From positions 1,248,001 through 1,312,000 of the forward strand of contig OZ245838.1 in the NCBI GenBank assembly GCA_965228735.1: a DNA stretch of 64,000 bases. The letters run 5' to 3'. Every line of letters begins with the position of its first letter. Positions within the stretch are counted from its first letter, which is position 1. A model generated the notes under the pieces. That model was not told the origin of the DNA and did no database searches. It worked only from the letters and a program-made list of their open reading frames with translations. This stretch comes from Planctomycetota bacterium. Lineage in GTDB: Bacteria > Planctomycetota > UBA1135 > UBA2386. Positions 32,565 through 41,345 of this stretch are shown one piece after another. A program made the translations under genes and the position numbers.

Positions 32565-33740
32565 ATGGTTGGAGCCAAGAAGAAGCGGGCCCGTCGCGGC
32601 CGTTCCGCTCTTCCCTCGAACGTCGAGCAACACCGCGGCCGATACCGCGGACGGGTCATGCGCAACGGCACGACCTACCGCTCGCACACGTTCGCGACTG
32701 CCGAGGAGGCGGCCGACTGGGTCGAGCACTTCGAGGAAGCGGACGCCGCGGCCGACAACGGCGCGCCGCTGTCGTTGCTCGGCGCGATGGAGCTGCTGAG
32801 GCGCGAGCAGATCGCGAACGGCCTCCGCCCCGCGTCAATCGACTTCACCGAGCAGAAGTACGCGATGCTCTGCCGCGCCTGGCCGGAGTCGACCTACCTG
32901 CACCGCATCGGCGCACCGCAGGTCATGAGCTACATGGTGAAGCGCCGCGAGCAGAAAGCCGGCGCGCAGACCATCCACCACGAGGTCTCGCTGCTGAAGC
33001 GACTGTTCCGCATCGGGAAGCGGTACCGCCGCCTGCAGCGCTCACCCTTCGACGACGGCGCCGTCCGGCTGCCCAAGGTTCGGAGCAAGCGCTTCGACCA
33101 CCTCCCCCGCGAGCAGCTCGACACGTTCCTCGAACGCATGCGGAACGCGGCCGGCGATGACCCGAAACGATCCTGGGAGGCCGACGTCGTCGAGTTCCTG
33201 TTCCTGACAGGCCTCCGGCGAGCCGAGCTCGCGCGCCTTCGCGTTGACGACGTCGACCCGTTCCGTGGCCAGGTCACCGTCCAAGCGAAGACGGATGACG
33301 CGCAAGTCGTGCACCTGGCCGAGCGCACGAAGCCGATCCTCGGCCGACTGATCGCCGCGGCCGACTCCGACGGCTTCTTGATCCCGACTCCGCAGAAAGA
33401 CCCGAGCAAGGTCGAGAAGTCGCGGGCCAACAAGATCACGCACATCGTCATGCGCTGGAAGGACGAGCTCGGCCTCAAGCTGCACGGCGCCGCGCACGTG
33501 CTCCGGCATTCGTACGGCACGGAGCTCGCGATGACGCCGGGCATGCCGTTCCCGCTGGCGCAGCGCAGCATGCGCCACAAGACGCCGGCGATGACCATGC
33601 GATACTTCCACGAGGCCGGCGAGAACATGCGCGCCGCGGCCGAGGCCGTCGCGAACGGCGAGGCCTTCGAACCGAACACGCCTCGAGCGAAGAAGGGCCG
33701 CAAGAAGACCGTGGCGGCGAAGAAGTCGCGTTCGGGGTAG
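32565..33740 (+). CDS. Tyrosine integrase
   Basis: Catalytic set present: TGLRRAEL (R), AKT (K), HVLRH (HxxR), MRHK (H), MTMRY (Y). Confidence 0.93.
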   Translation: MVGAKKKRARRGRSALPSNVEQHRGRYRGRVMRNGTTYRSHTFATAEEAADWVEHFEEADAAADNGAPLSLLGAMELLRREQIANGLRPASIDFTEQKYAMLCRAWPESTYLHRIGAPQVMSYMVKRREQKAGAQTIHHEVSLLKRLFRIGKRYRRLQRSPFDDGAVRLPKVRSKRFDHLPREQLDTFLERMRNAAGDDPKRSWEADVVEFLFLTGLRRAELARLRVDDVDPFRGQVTVQAKTDDAQVVHLAERTKPILGRLIAAADSDGFLIPTPQKDPSKVEKSRANKITHIVMRWKDELGLKLHGAAHVLRHSYGTELAMTPGMPFPLAQRSMRHKTPAMTMRYFHEAGENMRAAAEAVANGEAFEPNTPRAKKGRKKTVAAKKSRSG

Positions 33741-33857
33741 AACCAGTCGCGGGGCAACAGCCGCCGCTGATCACGGCGACTGGGCGAGCTCACGTTCCAC
33801 CGAGCTCGCTGCCCCTATTCACGTCAGTGATTGGTGGGACGAGCACGGAGGTGGAAC

Positions 33858-34652
33858 ATGGAGGCAAGCGAGAGGCTGTCAGACGCTGCGCCGCGACTCC
33901 TGTCAGCGTTGCGGACGTACCTTGATGCGCTTCGCGAGTACAGGACGAGTGCAAACCGGTCGGTGGACGAAGAGAACCACGTTCGGCAGCGGATCGCGCG
34001 CACCTACGAACGCGAGGCCCCACCTCCACTGGATGAGAATTCCTGGGTCGAGTACATAGCCGCGCTCCGAGCTAGAGCCGAAAGCGAAGCGAAGCCAGTC
34101 CTCGCCGCTTGGAAGCCGTTCGACCGACTGTTCCGCGAAGCGCGTACGCGGCTCGCTGGCCTGCATCACAAGCCGTGGTTCCAGCTCGGAGAGAAGGTTC
34201 ACCCAAGTGCATCCGCGGCTCTGCATGAGCTAGCGGAGTTCGTTGTTGGCGGGATTCAAACCGGCCCCGAGTGCGTGCTCAGCTGGCACAAAGGCACTGC
34301 CGACTCAAGGGATCTCCGCGTCGGTCTCGAGGTCGAGCTCGCATCGTTTGATCGCGAAGAAAGCTGCGGCATTGAGGAGACCGACGAGAAAGCGGAAGCT
34401 CAGCTTGCTCACCTCGGTGCTCGGGAGGAGGAGGTTCTTCTCGCTCTCCTCGACGCGAAGGAAAGCGGCGCTCACGGCACCAAAACGGAGGCGCTACGGA
34501 GATTGGGTGATCCGAGGCGTGCGCTGGACCGCCTTCGTACAGCTGACCTCGCCGTACAGGTCGGCAGCGGCGACTCGAAGCGTGGAGTGTGGAGGCTGAC
34601 CCCCCTCGGCGTGAGAGTGGCGGCTCTGCTCAAGACCAACCTCCGTCAGTAG
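33858..34652 (+). CDS. Hypothetical protein with C-terminal winged-helix-like domain
   Basis: C-terminal EEVLLALL...RRALDRLR...GVWRLTPLG resembles wHTH; atypical codon usage. Confidence 0.55.
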   Translation: MEASERLSDAAPRLLSALRTYLDALREYRTSANRSVDEENHVRQRIARTYEREAPPPLDENSWVEYIAALRARAESEAKPVLAAWKPFDRLFREARTRLAGLHHKPWFQLGEKVHPSASAALHELAEFVVGGIQTGPECVLSWHKGTADSRDLRVGLEVELASFDREESCGIEETDEKAEAQLAHLGAREEEVLLALLDAKESGAHGTKTEALRRLGDPRRALDRLRTADLAVQVGSGDSKRGVWRLTPLGVRVAALLKTNLRQ

Positions 34653-34723
34653 ATCCTCGACGGGTCGCGAGGAACGGCGAAGGCGCGCCCTCCCGATCCT
34701 TCGGCTTGCTCAGATCGCACGCG

Positions 34724-34984
34724 ATGAGCAAGCACGCCGCATCGCAGCAAGACGCCCCGTGGTGGTCTGGCGAGACCGCCATCGCTCTGGCCGATACGCC
34801 GAGGATGTTCCCGCCTCGGCCTGGCGGCGTCCCGCCCACGCTCGGGACCGTGCGCCGCTGGGTTCGCCACGGAGTGTTTGGCCTCCAGCTGCGCGTATTT
34901 GCGAACGGCCCTACCGGCCTCGCAACCACGCGCGAGGAGATCGAACGGTTCATCGCCCAGCTCAGCCTGCTCAGGGGGCTCTGA
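34724..34984 (+). CDS. DUF1580-like small HTH protein (Xis/AlpA-like)
   Basis: ETAIAL...PPTLGTVRRWVRHGVFGLQL...TTREEIERFI resembles planctomycete DUF1580 proteins. Confidence 0.65.
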   Translation: MSKHAASQQDAPWWSGETAIALADTPRMFPPRPGGVPPTLGTVRRWVRHGVFGLQLRVFANGPTGLATTREEIERFIAQLSLLRGL

Positions 34985-35415
34985 TGCCCCAGATCAGGGA
35001 ACTCAGCGAAGCTCGCTTGCGCGCAGCAGTCCGCCAGGCGATCGAGACCGCCATCGAGACGGACGACCCGGACGAGTTCGACTACGTGAACCTGCGGCCG
35101 ATCGCCGAGCGCGCCGGCCTGAAGCAGCGAGAGCTGCTCGCTGCTGTTCGGGCGGGCAACCTGTTCCCCGTGCTCCCTGTGACGCAGCGCATCGTCCTGG
35201 TGCGCCGGCGAGACCTTCGGGACTGGGAGGCACGAGCAGAGGTGTCAGCCGCACGCGCCGCCGCTGTCCGCGGCCACCTGGACGACCGCCCCGCCGAACC
35301 GTTCGCGGAAATGAAAGCGACCCCGACCCCGCGAAAGATGCGAGGCCAGGGCCGCATGGTTGGAGGTCGAGAGAGTAGCGCTCAACGCGCAAGCGCACGA
35401 GGGAGTCGATCGTGA
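34984..35415 (+). CDS. Excisionase-like HTH protein
   Basis: TGATG-coupled; YVNLRPIAERAGLKQRELLAAVRAGNL...VLVRRRDLRDW MerR/Xis-like pattern. Confidence 0.55.
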   Translation: MPQIRELSEARLRAAVRQAIETAIETDDPDEFDYVNLRPIAERAGLKQRELLAAVRAGNLFPVLPVTQRIVLVRRRDLRDWEARAEVSAARAAAVRGHLDDRPAEPFAEMKATPTPRKMRGQGRMVGGRESSAQRASARGSRS

Positions 35416-35460
35416 GTCGGCGATGCTCCACGTCCGCGCTGACGAGCGGGAGGATGCGCG

Positions 35461-36966
35461 ATGCTCGACCGTAGGGCTCGCACACCCGCTCTCCGCGACC
35501 TGCTCGTCGGCCACGACCCAACGTGCTCGGCCGAGGCGACGCTAGTTCTCGCCGCGCGCGCCGCATTCGGTGGGCTGCTCGCAACGGGCAAGCCGATGCC
35601 GGGCGCAGCACCGCGCGTGCCGACGTTGCGCGAGGTTGCGGCCGAACTCGGCCTTTCGTTGGACGCGGTCCGGCGAGCCGATCACGAGCTGATCGAGCGC
35701 GGCCAGGTGTTCGTCGACGGCGCCGGCGACCGCCGAGTTTGCCCACTCGCCATGTCCATTCGGTGGTCCGACCACCGTCGCCGAGTCCGTCTGCCGGCCG
35801 TCGACCGTGAGCGTCGCATGAAGGCGCGCGCTCTGCTCCTCACTGGGCTCTTGCACGGGCAGCTGGACCGCCGCAGCGGGCGTCTCGCGCTCGGACTCGC
35901 CTACCTCGGTGAGCGGCTTGGGATGCCGCGACGGACCCTTCAACGAGCTCTCGCGGCGGCTGAGGAGGCTGGGGCCCTCCATCGCTGGACAGCGCCAATC
36001 GGACAGGGCCAACTGTTCCTGGCACCAGGACCGTCGAGAATAGGCGCACGAGATGGTTCGAGAACAGGCGCACGAGAAGGTGCTGCCTCGACGGAGTCCA
36101 ACGTCGCATCGGCCGAGCGTCGAAACGAGGCGCCGGTCGACGCCGAAAAGGGGCGCAACCCCCGTCCAAAGGAGGCGCACCCCCATGGCGAAACAGGCGC
36201 GCGAAACACGGATTGCCCTCCGGAGTACCCTCCGGATTCACCCTCGGACGCGCGCGCGCTCGCGCGCGGTCAGACCTCGCCCCTGGCTCGAGGTGACACC
36301 AGAGCACGTCGGGACCGAGAGCGGCGGCGCCAGGTGCCGGCCGACGTGCGAACGGTCGGCGGCGCATGGGCGACCCGCCTGATCAGCGATGGCCGTGAGC
36401 GGCTGGAGTCCGACGATGCACCGCAGCTCGCCGCGCTCCTCGACGCGCTCGAACCGCCCGAGTCCGACCCCAAGGTTCGCGATGCGGCGGCCGTGCGCCG
36501 GGAGCGACTGGCCTTTGCCCGCCGCGCCATCCGGTGGGAGCCGTCGCCTGAGCGCCTGGCGCGCTGGCTGGCGGTCGCGGTCCGCCGCTACGGCGTCCGG
36601 CGGGCCGGGGCCTACCTGCGACGGGCGGCCGAACGTGGCGACTCCGGCACGCTGCTCGGCCGCCGCGGCGCCGGCGGGCACGCGCTCGACCCTGATCACG
36701 AGGTCGCGCTGCGTGGACCACGCATGCGCGAGGTTGATGACATCGTCGCCGGCGGGGTGGCCGTCCTCGGTGCGCAGCTCGATGAACGAGCGCGTTTGCG
36801 GCGCGATCTGGCACACCTGCTCGACGTAGGCGACCGACCAGGCGCGCGAGTCGTTCTGCTTCGACTGCTCGGTGATCGGAGTCCAAGCGACACGCTTGCA
36901 TTGGCGCGCGCCATCGAGGGCAGCGGCGTCCCGATCACGCTCGCGCGGGAGGTCCTCGCGGCATGA
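35461..36966 (+). CDS. Putative replication initiator with two winged-HTH motifs
   Basis: PTLREVAAELGLSLDAVRRA..LIERG and YLGERLGMPRRTLQRAL..EEAG; central low-complexity linker containing DNA repeats. Confidence 0.6.
   Translation: MLDRRARTPALRDLLVGHDPTCSAEATLVLAARAAFGGLLATGKPMPGAAPRVPTLREVAAELGLSLDAVRRADHELIERGQVFVDGAGDRRVCPLAMSIRWSDHRRRVRLPAVDRERRMKARALLLTGLLHGQLDRRSGRLALGLAYLGERLGMPRRTLQRALAAAEEAGALHRWTAPIGQGQLFLAPGPSRIGARDGSRTGAREGAASTESNVASAERRNEAPVDAEKGRNPRPKEAHPHGETGARNTDCPPEYPPDSPSDARALARGQTSPLARGDTRARRDRERRRQVPADVRTVGGAWATRLISDGRERLESDDAPQLAALLDALEPPESDPKVRDAAAVRRERLAFARRAIRWEPSPERLARWLAVAVRRYGVRRAGAYLRRAAERGDSGTLLGRRGAGGHALDPDHEVALRGPRMREVDDIVAGGVAVLGAQLDERARLRRDLAHLLDVGDRPGARVVLLRLLGDRSPSDTLALARAIEGSGVPITLAREVLAA
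36034..36250. repeat. Iteron-like repeats inside the putative replication gene (possible ori)
   Basis: 24-bp tandem pair TCGAGAA(T/C)AGGCGCACGAGA(T/A)GGT at 36034-36081, further AGGCGC copies, and CCCTCCGGA x2 plus CCCTCGGA at 36216-36248. Confidence 0.55.
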
Positions 36967-37205
36967 CTAGCAACCCGTCTCGAAGTGTTCTCCGCGCCCA
37001 GCTTGTGAAGGCCCTCGATCGCGGTGATCGAGCCGAAGCGGAGCGCTTGCAGGTCCTCTTGCTCGCGGAGCTGCGAGCAGCGTGTCCGAGGTCGACGCCG
37101 CGAACGAGATCGCCATTGGCAGCCAGCATGGCTTCGCGAGGCAACGGCCTACAGCGTCATCCCCTGCGCCTCGTGCCAGACATCGAGAAGGGAACAGGCT
37201 CGTGA
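36963..37205 (+). CDS. Small hypothetical protein
   Basis: ATGA/GTGA coupling on both sides within the element operon. Confidence 0.45.
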   Translation: MTSNPSRSVLRAQLVKALDRGDRAEAERLQVLLLAELRAACPRSTPRTRSPLAASMASRGNGLQRHPLRLVPDIEKGTGS

Positions 37206-37462
37206 TCGTCGACCCCGAACAAGCTCGTGAGCAACGCGAGGAGATGCGCCAACGCCGCGCCGACCCTGCGGTCGACGTCGCTGTGCGCCGCCGCTGGCTC
37301 GCCCTGGCGCGCACCGACGGGTACTCGTTCGAGCAGATCGCCGAGCTCGACGGCGAACCCGTGTGGCGGATCCGTGATGCGGTGCGGCTGCAGCTCGAGC
37401 TCGATGAGCGGCCAGCGGCGGAGGTCGATCGAGTGCTGGGACGAACGGAGGAAGCGCGATGA
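37202..37462 (+). CDS. Small HTH protein
   Basis: GYSFEQIAELDGEPVWRIRDAVR HTH-like; coupled start and stop. Confidence 0.55.
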   Translation: MIVDPEQAREQREEMRQRRADPAVDVAVRRRWLALARTDGYSFEQIAELDGEPVWRIRDAVRLQLELDERPAAEVDRVLGRTEEAR

Positions 37463-37971
37463 CGCTCTGGCGACGACAGGCTATCGCTGAAGCGACGTTC
37501 GCGATCGCACCCGTGAGCCCATTCGTCGGGCCAGTGCTCATCGCGGTGTTGGTGGCCGAGCTGCTTCGGTGGAGAGCTCAGACGAGGATACGTGCACGGC
37601 AACAGGCTCCTGCCCCGGCCTTGTGTCCGGGCGCAACGAGGGAACGTCCCAGTCGTGCGACCGTGAGCAGCTGCGCCAACTGTGGCACGCTGTTGGAGCT
37701 CGCCGCCGAGGGAACGTGCGAAGACTGCAAGCACGGTCCGAGCGGTGACTGGATGCCGAACGCGGCATCCGAGTGCCGTGGCTGCGGCCAGATCGCTGAG
37801 TGCTCGCCGAGCCGGCTCTGCCAGTCGTGCCTTGGGCTCATGCTCACGTTCGCGCCATGGAGGGTCCACGCTCGGATGAGACGTGCGCACCGCGGCGGGG
37901 ACCACGCGGAACACCAGCTGCAGCTCGGCGTGCTGCGTTGGTCGGTCATGCCGTGGAGGGCCGGAAAGTAA
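37459..37971 (+). CDS. Cys-rich putative zinc-finger protein with N-terminal hydrophobic segment
   Basis: CANC, CEDC, CRGC, CQSC motifs. Confidence 0.5.
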   Translation: MTLWRRQAIAEATFAIAPVSPFVGPVLIAVLVAELLRWRAQTRIRARQQAPAPALCPGATRERPSRATVSSCANCGTLLELAAEGTCEDCKHGPSGDWMPNAASECRGCGQIAECSPSRLCQSCLGLMLTFAPWRVHARMRRAHRGGDHAEHQLQLGVLRWSVMPWRAGK

Positions 37972-38165
37972 TGCGCCTGTTCCGCGACTTCCTCTTGCTC
38001 GCGCCGGTGCGTGTGGCTCGGCGGCTATGCATGGCGAGCGCCTGCGGCCTGTCGCGCCAGTTCGGCCCAGCAAGCGCGCGACGCGAACTCGCCCTTGGGG
38101 GAGTGTGGCGCGGCAAGCGCCGCCCCTGGCCGAGCCTGACCGCGGTGCGGTCCGCTGCGAGATCG

Positions 38166-38269
38166 ACGGGTCCCTTGTCCGGATTCGAAGTGAGTACGTG
38201 GGGGCGGGCTCAACCGCTCTCGGAGTTTGCAGCGGCCCGAAGTGGGGTTGTTGTTTCACCTTCGGGCCG
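38166..38269 (+). other. Putative lambda-like cos packaging site
   Basis: ACGGGTCCCTTGTCCGG...TACGTGGGGGCGGGCTC resembles lambda cosQ-cosN (ACGGGTCCTTTCCGG...TACGGGGCGGCGACCT); 10-bp inverted repeat at 38233-38269; directly upstream of terS. Confidence 0.6.
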
Positions 38270-38293
38270 ACGGCCAATCGGGAGGGCTTCGTA

Positions 38294-38860
38294 ATGCCGC
38301 GCCAGGCGCGCTTCGCCCTCTCGCAGGCCGATATGGCGGCGATCGTCGGTCGCTCGCTGACGACGATTCGGAAGCACATCCATGCGGGCTGCCCTGTTCC
38401 GCGTTGCCGGAGCCGCATCTTGCGCTGGGTTCGCAGCTATCACGCCTGGTGCGCTCGCAACGGAAAGGCATCGAGCGACTCTCGTGAGCCCGACTCCGAG
38501 ACTCGGCAGGTCGCGATCGAGCTGAACGGGCTGCGCAGCCAGTTGATGCAACTGGAGCTCGACAATCGCCGGTCCAGGCTGATCGAGCGGCAGGCCGTCA
38601 TCGACTACTGCGAGAGCGCTGTGCGCGCGCTGCGGGCTCGGCTCCAGACCATCCGTCGCAGGCTCTCGTCCCGCCTCGAGAACTGCACCGCCGACGAGGT
38701 CGACAGCGCGATCAGGATCGAGTTCGACGCGATGTGCGACGACTTCGCCGAGGGAATGACGGGCCATGACCCCGGCCGACCCAACGGAAAGCACGAGAAC
38801 CCTGCTGCCCCGGAACGTCCGGCGGCTGCAAGCCAACCACGACAGGACGACGAACGATGA
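38294..38860 (+). CDS. Terminase small subunit, lambda gpNu1-like
   Basis: N-terminal wHTH (LSQADMAAIVGRSLTTIRKHIHAGCP), coiled coil ending ELDNRRSRLIERQAV...RARLQTI. Confidence 0.72.
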   Translation: MPRQARFALSQADMAAIVGRSLTTIRKHIHAGCPVPRCRSRILRWVRSYHAWCARNGKASSDSREPDSETRQVAIELNGLRSQLMQLELDNRRSRLIERQAVIDYCESAVRALRARLQTIRRRLSSRLENCTADEVDSAIRIEFDAMCDDFAEGMTGHDPGRPNGKHENPAAPERPAAASQPRQDDER

Positions 38861-39543
38861 AGAAGACGACACCCAAGCGGAGCGCGCTCGGCGCGTTCCT
38901 CGATCAGTTCCGGAAAGACCGCAGCGAACGCGGCAAGAGTGACCTCTCGCGATGGTGGGCGGTCGCTGGCGACCTGGCTGCCGGCCGGAAGCCGAAGATT
39001 TCGACGACCGAGATGGCCGAGCTCTCGATCGCCATCGACCGCCCGCCGTCCGAGCTCGAGGCCGACGTGGCCTTGCTCACGCAGCTTCACATCGCGAACG
39101 AGGCCGCCACTGGCCTCGAGAAGGCGAAGGAATCGGTCCGCGAGATGCGACGCGTGCAGGAGAAGGCCCACGCGAAGGCCGCCGAGCTCGAGCGTGAGAT
39201 TGCGCGGATCCGCGGTGAGGCCGACACGGCGCTCGAGAGATCGAAAAGCACTGTTCGCCGGGCGGAGAAGGGTGCCGAAGATGCTGCGCGACTCACCCGC
39301 GACCTGGCGAAGCGCGGACATCCGGGCAGCGTCGAGGCGATCCAGGCCCGCGAAGCAGCGGAGGAGCCCGAGCGGCTTCTCGGTCAGTTGCGCTCGCTGC
39401 GAGCTGGGGTGAACACCAGTGGGACGCAGAGCCGCAGCCAGCGAATCGCAGAGGTCACACAACGGCTTCGCGAACTCGGCGTCCCGATCCCGCCTGACCC
39501 ACGGTTCGAAACGAGCGGCGCGACCGCGGCGGAGGCATCCTGA
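38857..39543 (+). CDS. Helical coiled-coil hypothetical protein
   Basis: 228 aa, translationally coupled to terS and to the protease. Confidence 0.65.
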   Translation: MKKTTPKRSALGAFLDQFRKDRSERGKSDLSRWWAVAGDLAAGRKPKISTTEMAELSIAIDRPPSELEADVALLTQLHIANEAATGLEKAKESVREMRRVQEKAHAKAAELEREIARIRGEADTALERSKSTVRRAEKGAEDAARLTRDLAKRGHPGSVEAIQAREAAEEPERLLGQLRSLRAGVNTSGTQSRSQRIAEVTQRLRELGVPIPPDPRFETSGATAAEAS

Positions 39544-40892
39544 TGCCACGGGCGTCATCGCGCGTGCTCGAGTTCGCTTCCCGGCGGTGCTGGGCGATCG
39601 AACCGGACTTCTTCCGTCAGATGACGGCAGTCCTGGCTGGTCGCGCCGAGGGGATCAAGCTCTCCGATTCGGAGATCGCGGCAGCGATCGGCCGTCCCCT
39701 TGGGGGTGACAAGCCCGAGTCGTCGATGCAGGTGAATCGCGGCACCGCTGTGATTCGGATCCATGGAGTGATCGCGCAGCGAGCCAGCGCTGTGCACAAC
39801 ATCTCGATCGGCGCCGGCACGAGCGTCGAGCACATTCGCGCCGACCTGCAGCGCGCGCTGCGCGATCCGAAGGTGCACGCGATCGTGCTGGACATCGACT
39901 CGCCTGGCGGCGCTGTCGACGGCATCACCGAGCTCGCCGAGGATCTGCGTCGTGCGCGTGATCGCAAGCCGATCGTCGCGCACACGGATTCCCTGATGGC
40001 GAGCGCTGCCTACTGGCTCGCGGCGCAGGCGAACCGGGTAGTCGCAACTCGATCTTCTCGTGTCGGCAGTGTAGGCGTGATCGCTTCGTTCCTCGACGAC
40101 CACCGCGCATTGTCGAACCGCGGCTACGACGAGTTCGTCGTGAAATCGACGCCCGGCAAGAGCATGCGCCAGGCCACCGGCACGATCAGCGAGCAGTCCG
40201 TGTCGGACCTGCAGCGCGAGATCGACACGTTCCACGCGATGTTCGTCGCGGACATCGCGGCCGGCCGAGAGATCACGGCCGAAGCAGCGGCGGCGATGGG
40301 CGACGGACGTGTCCGACTGGCCGACGAGGCGCTCTCGGAGGGCTTCATCGACGAGGTCGGCGGTCTTGCCGACGCAATCGCATCCGTATCTGTGCGCGGT
40401 GGTCGCGGCGGCCGCGCGGGATCAAGAACCACAGCCGCATCCAACACCAACCACCGACACCAAGAACCGATGACACAAAGACACGAATCACCCGCGGCGA
40501 GCGACGAGCGCGATCGCGCCAGCGCGATCCTCGAGGCCGCAGCTGACTGCCAGGTCGCACTCGCGACCGAGCTCATCCGCAACGGAACGGACCTGGACGA
40601 GGCGCTCAAGGCCATCACGGCCGATGCCAAGAGGCGCATCGAACGGCAAGCGCCTGCCGCGAATGAGCCGATCGGCCTCGGCAACAGCTCCGAGGTGTTG
40701 CCGAGGGGTCCGAGCTCCACCGACGCCATGCCTGCAGGCCCCGGCAAGTGGGACGCGGAGTGGAACAGCGATCCGGATCTGCGCGCCGAGTTCGGCAACG
40801 ACAAGGAGAGCTACTTCGCCTTCATGAAGGCGGGCGAGGCGGGGCAGATCGTGCTCACGCGTAGCCGCCCCGCGGACGCCGAGCCGTTCTGA
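39543..40892 (+). CDS. S49-family prohead protease with C-terminal scaffold-like region (lambda gpC/Nu3-like)
   Basis: WAIEP, VLDIDSPGG, MASAAYWLA, VGSVGV, GFIDEVG; C-terminal ERDRASAILE..LATELI and WNSDPDLRAEFG. Confidence 0.85.
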   Translation: MPRASSRVLEFASRRCWAIEPDFFRQMTAVLAGRAEGIKLSDSEIAAAIGRPLGGDKPESSMQVNRGTAVIRIHGVIAQRASAVHNISIGAGTSVEHIRADLQRALRDPKVHAIVLDIDSPGGAVDGITELAEDLRRARDRKPIVAHTDSLMASAAYWLAAQANRVVATRSSRVGSVGVIASFLDDHRALSNRGYDEFVVKSTPGKSMRQATGTISEQSVSDLQREIDTFHAMFVADIAAGREITAEAAAAMGDGRVRLADEALSEGFIDEVGGLADAIASVSVRGGRGGRAGSRTTAASNTNHRHQEPMTQRHESPAASDERDRASAILEAAADCQVALATELIRNGTDLDEALKAITADAKRRIERQAPAANEPIGLGNSSEVLPRGPSSTDAMPAGPGKWDAEWNSDPDLRAEFGNDKESYFAFMKAGEAGQIVLTRSRPADAEPF

Positions 40893-41005
40893 ACCGACTC
40901 GGTAGCTGCACCGTCGATCCGCCGCCGTGACGCCGGCGCGATCGCGCCCCGCGTTGCCGGCGCGGGTGCCCCCTCTCACCCTCAACGACAAACACGCAGC
41001 GAATC

Positions 41006-41290
41006 ATGGCACTCACCAGATCCAGGGCCCGCAAGTACGCACCGGGCGCACTCCAGGTCGACAACCTCATTCCGGTCAAGGCCGCCGCGACAATCCACGC
41101 CGGCGCGGCTCTTGAGTCGAACGGCGGCTACCTCGAACCCGCGTCCGGCGCGGGCACGTTCATGGGCTTCGCGCTGGAGTCCAACGGCACTACCCACGTC
41201 GGCGTCACGGTCGGCAAGGTGATGCGGGTCATCACCCCCGGGGTCGGCGGCCGCGTCCTCGTCTCGTTCCGGGCGCCCTGGCTGCCCTGA
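41006..41290 (+). CDS. Head decoration/cement-like protein, short
   Basis: MALT..R.Y...PVKAAATIHAGAAL..NGGY..P...FMGFA resembles decoration proteins that follow S49 genes in phages. Confidence 0.5.
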   Translation: MALTRSRARKYAPGALQVDNLIPVKAAATIHAGAALESNGGYLEPASGAGTFMGFALESNGTTHVGVTVGKVMRVITPGVGGRVLVSFRAPWLP

Positions 41291-41345
41291 CGGGCTGCGT
41301 TCCTGAGCCACGCCCGCCGCCGTCCCCCGCTCCTCGGAGACAACG

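Noticed and set aside
37971..38294. Coupled ORF spanning the cos-like site as an HNH packaging nuclease
   Set aside because: No HNH or Cys motif; it may be translated but I cannot assign a product
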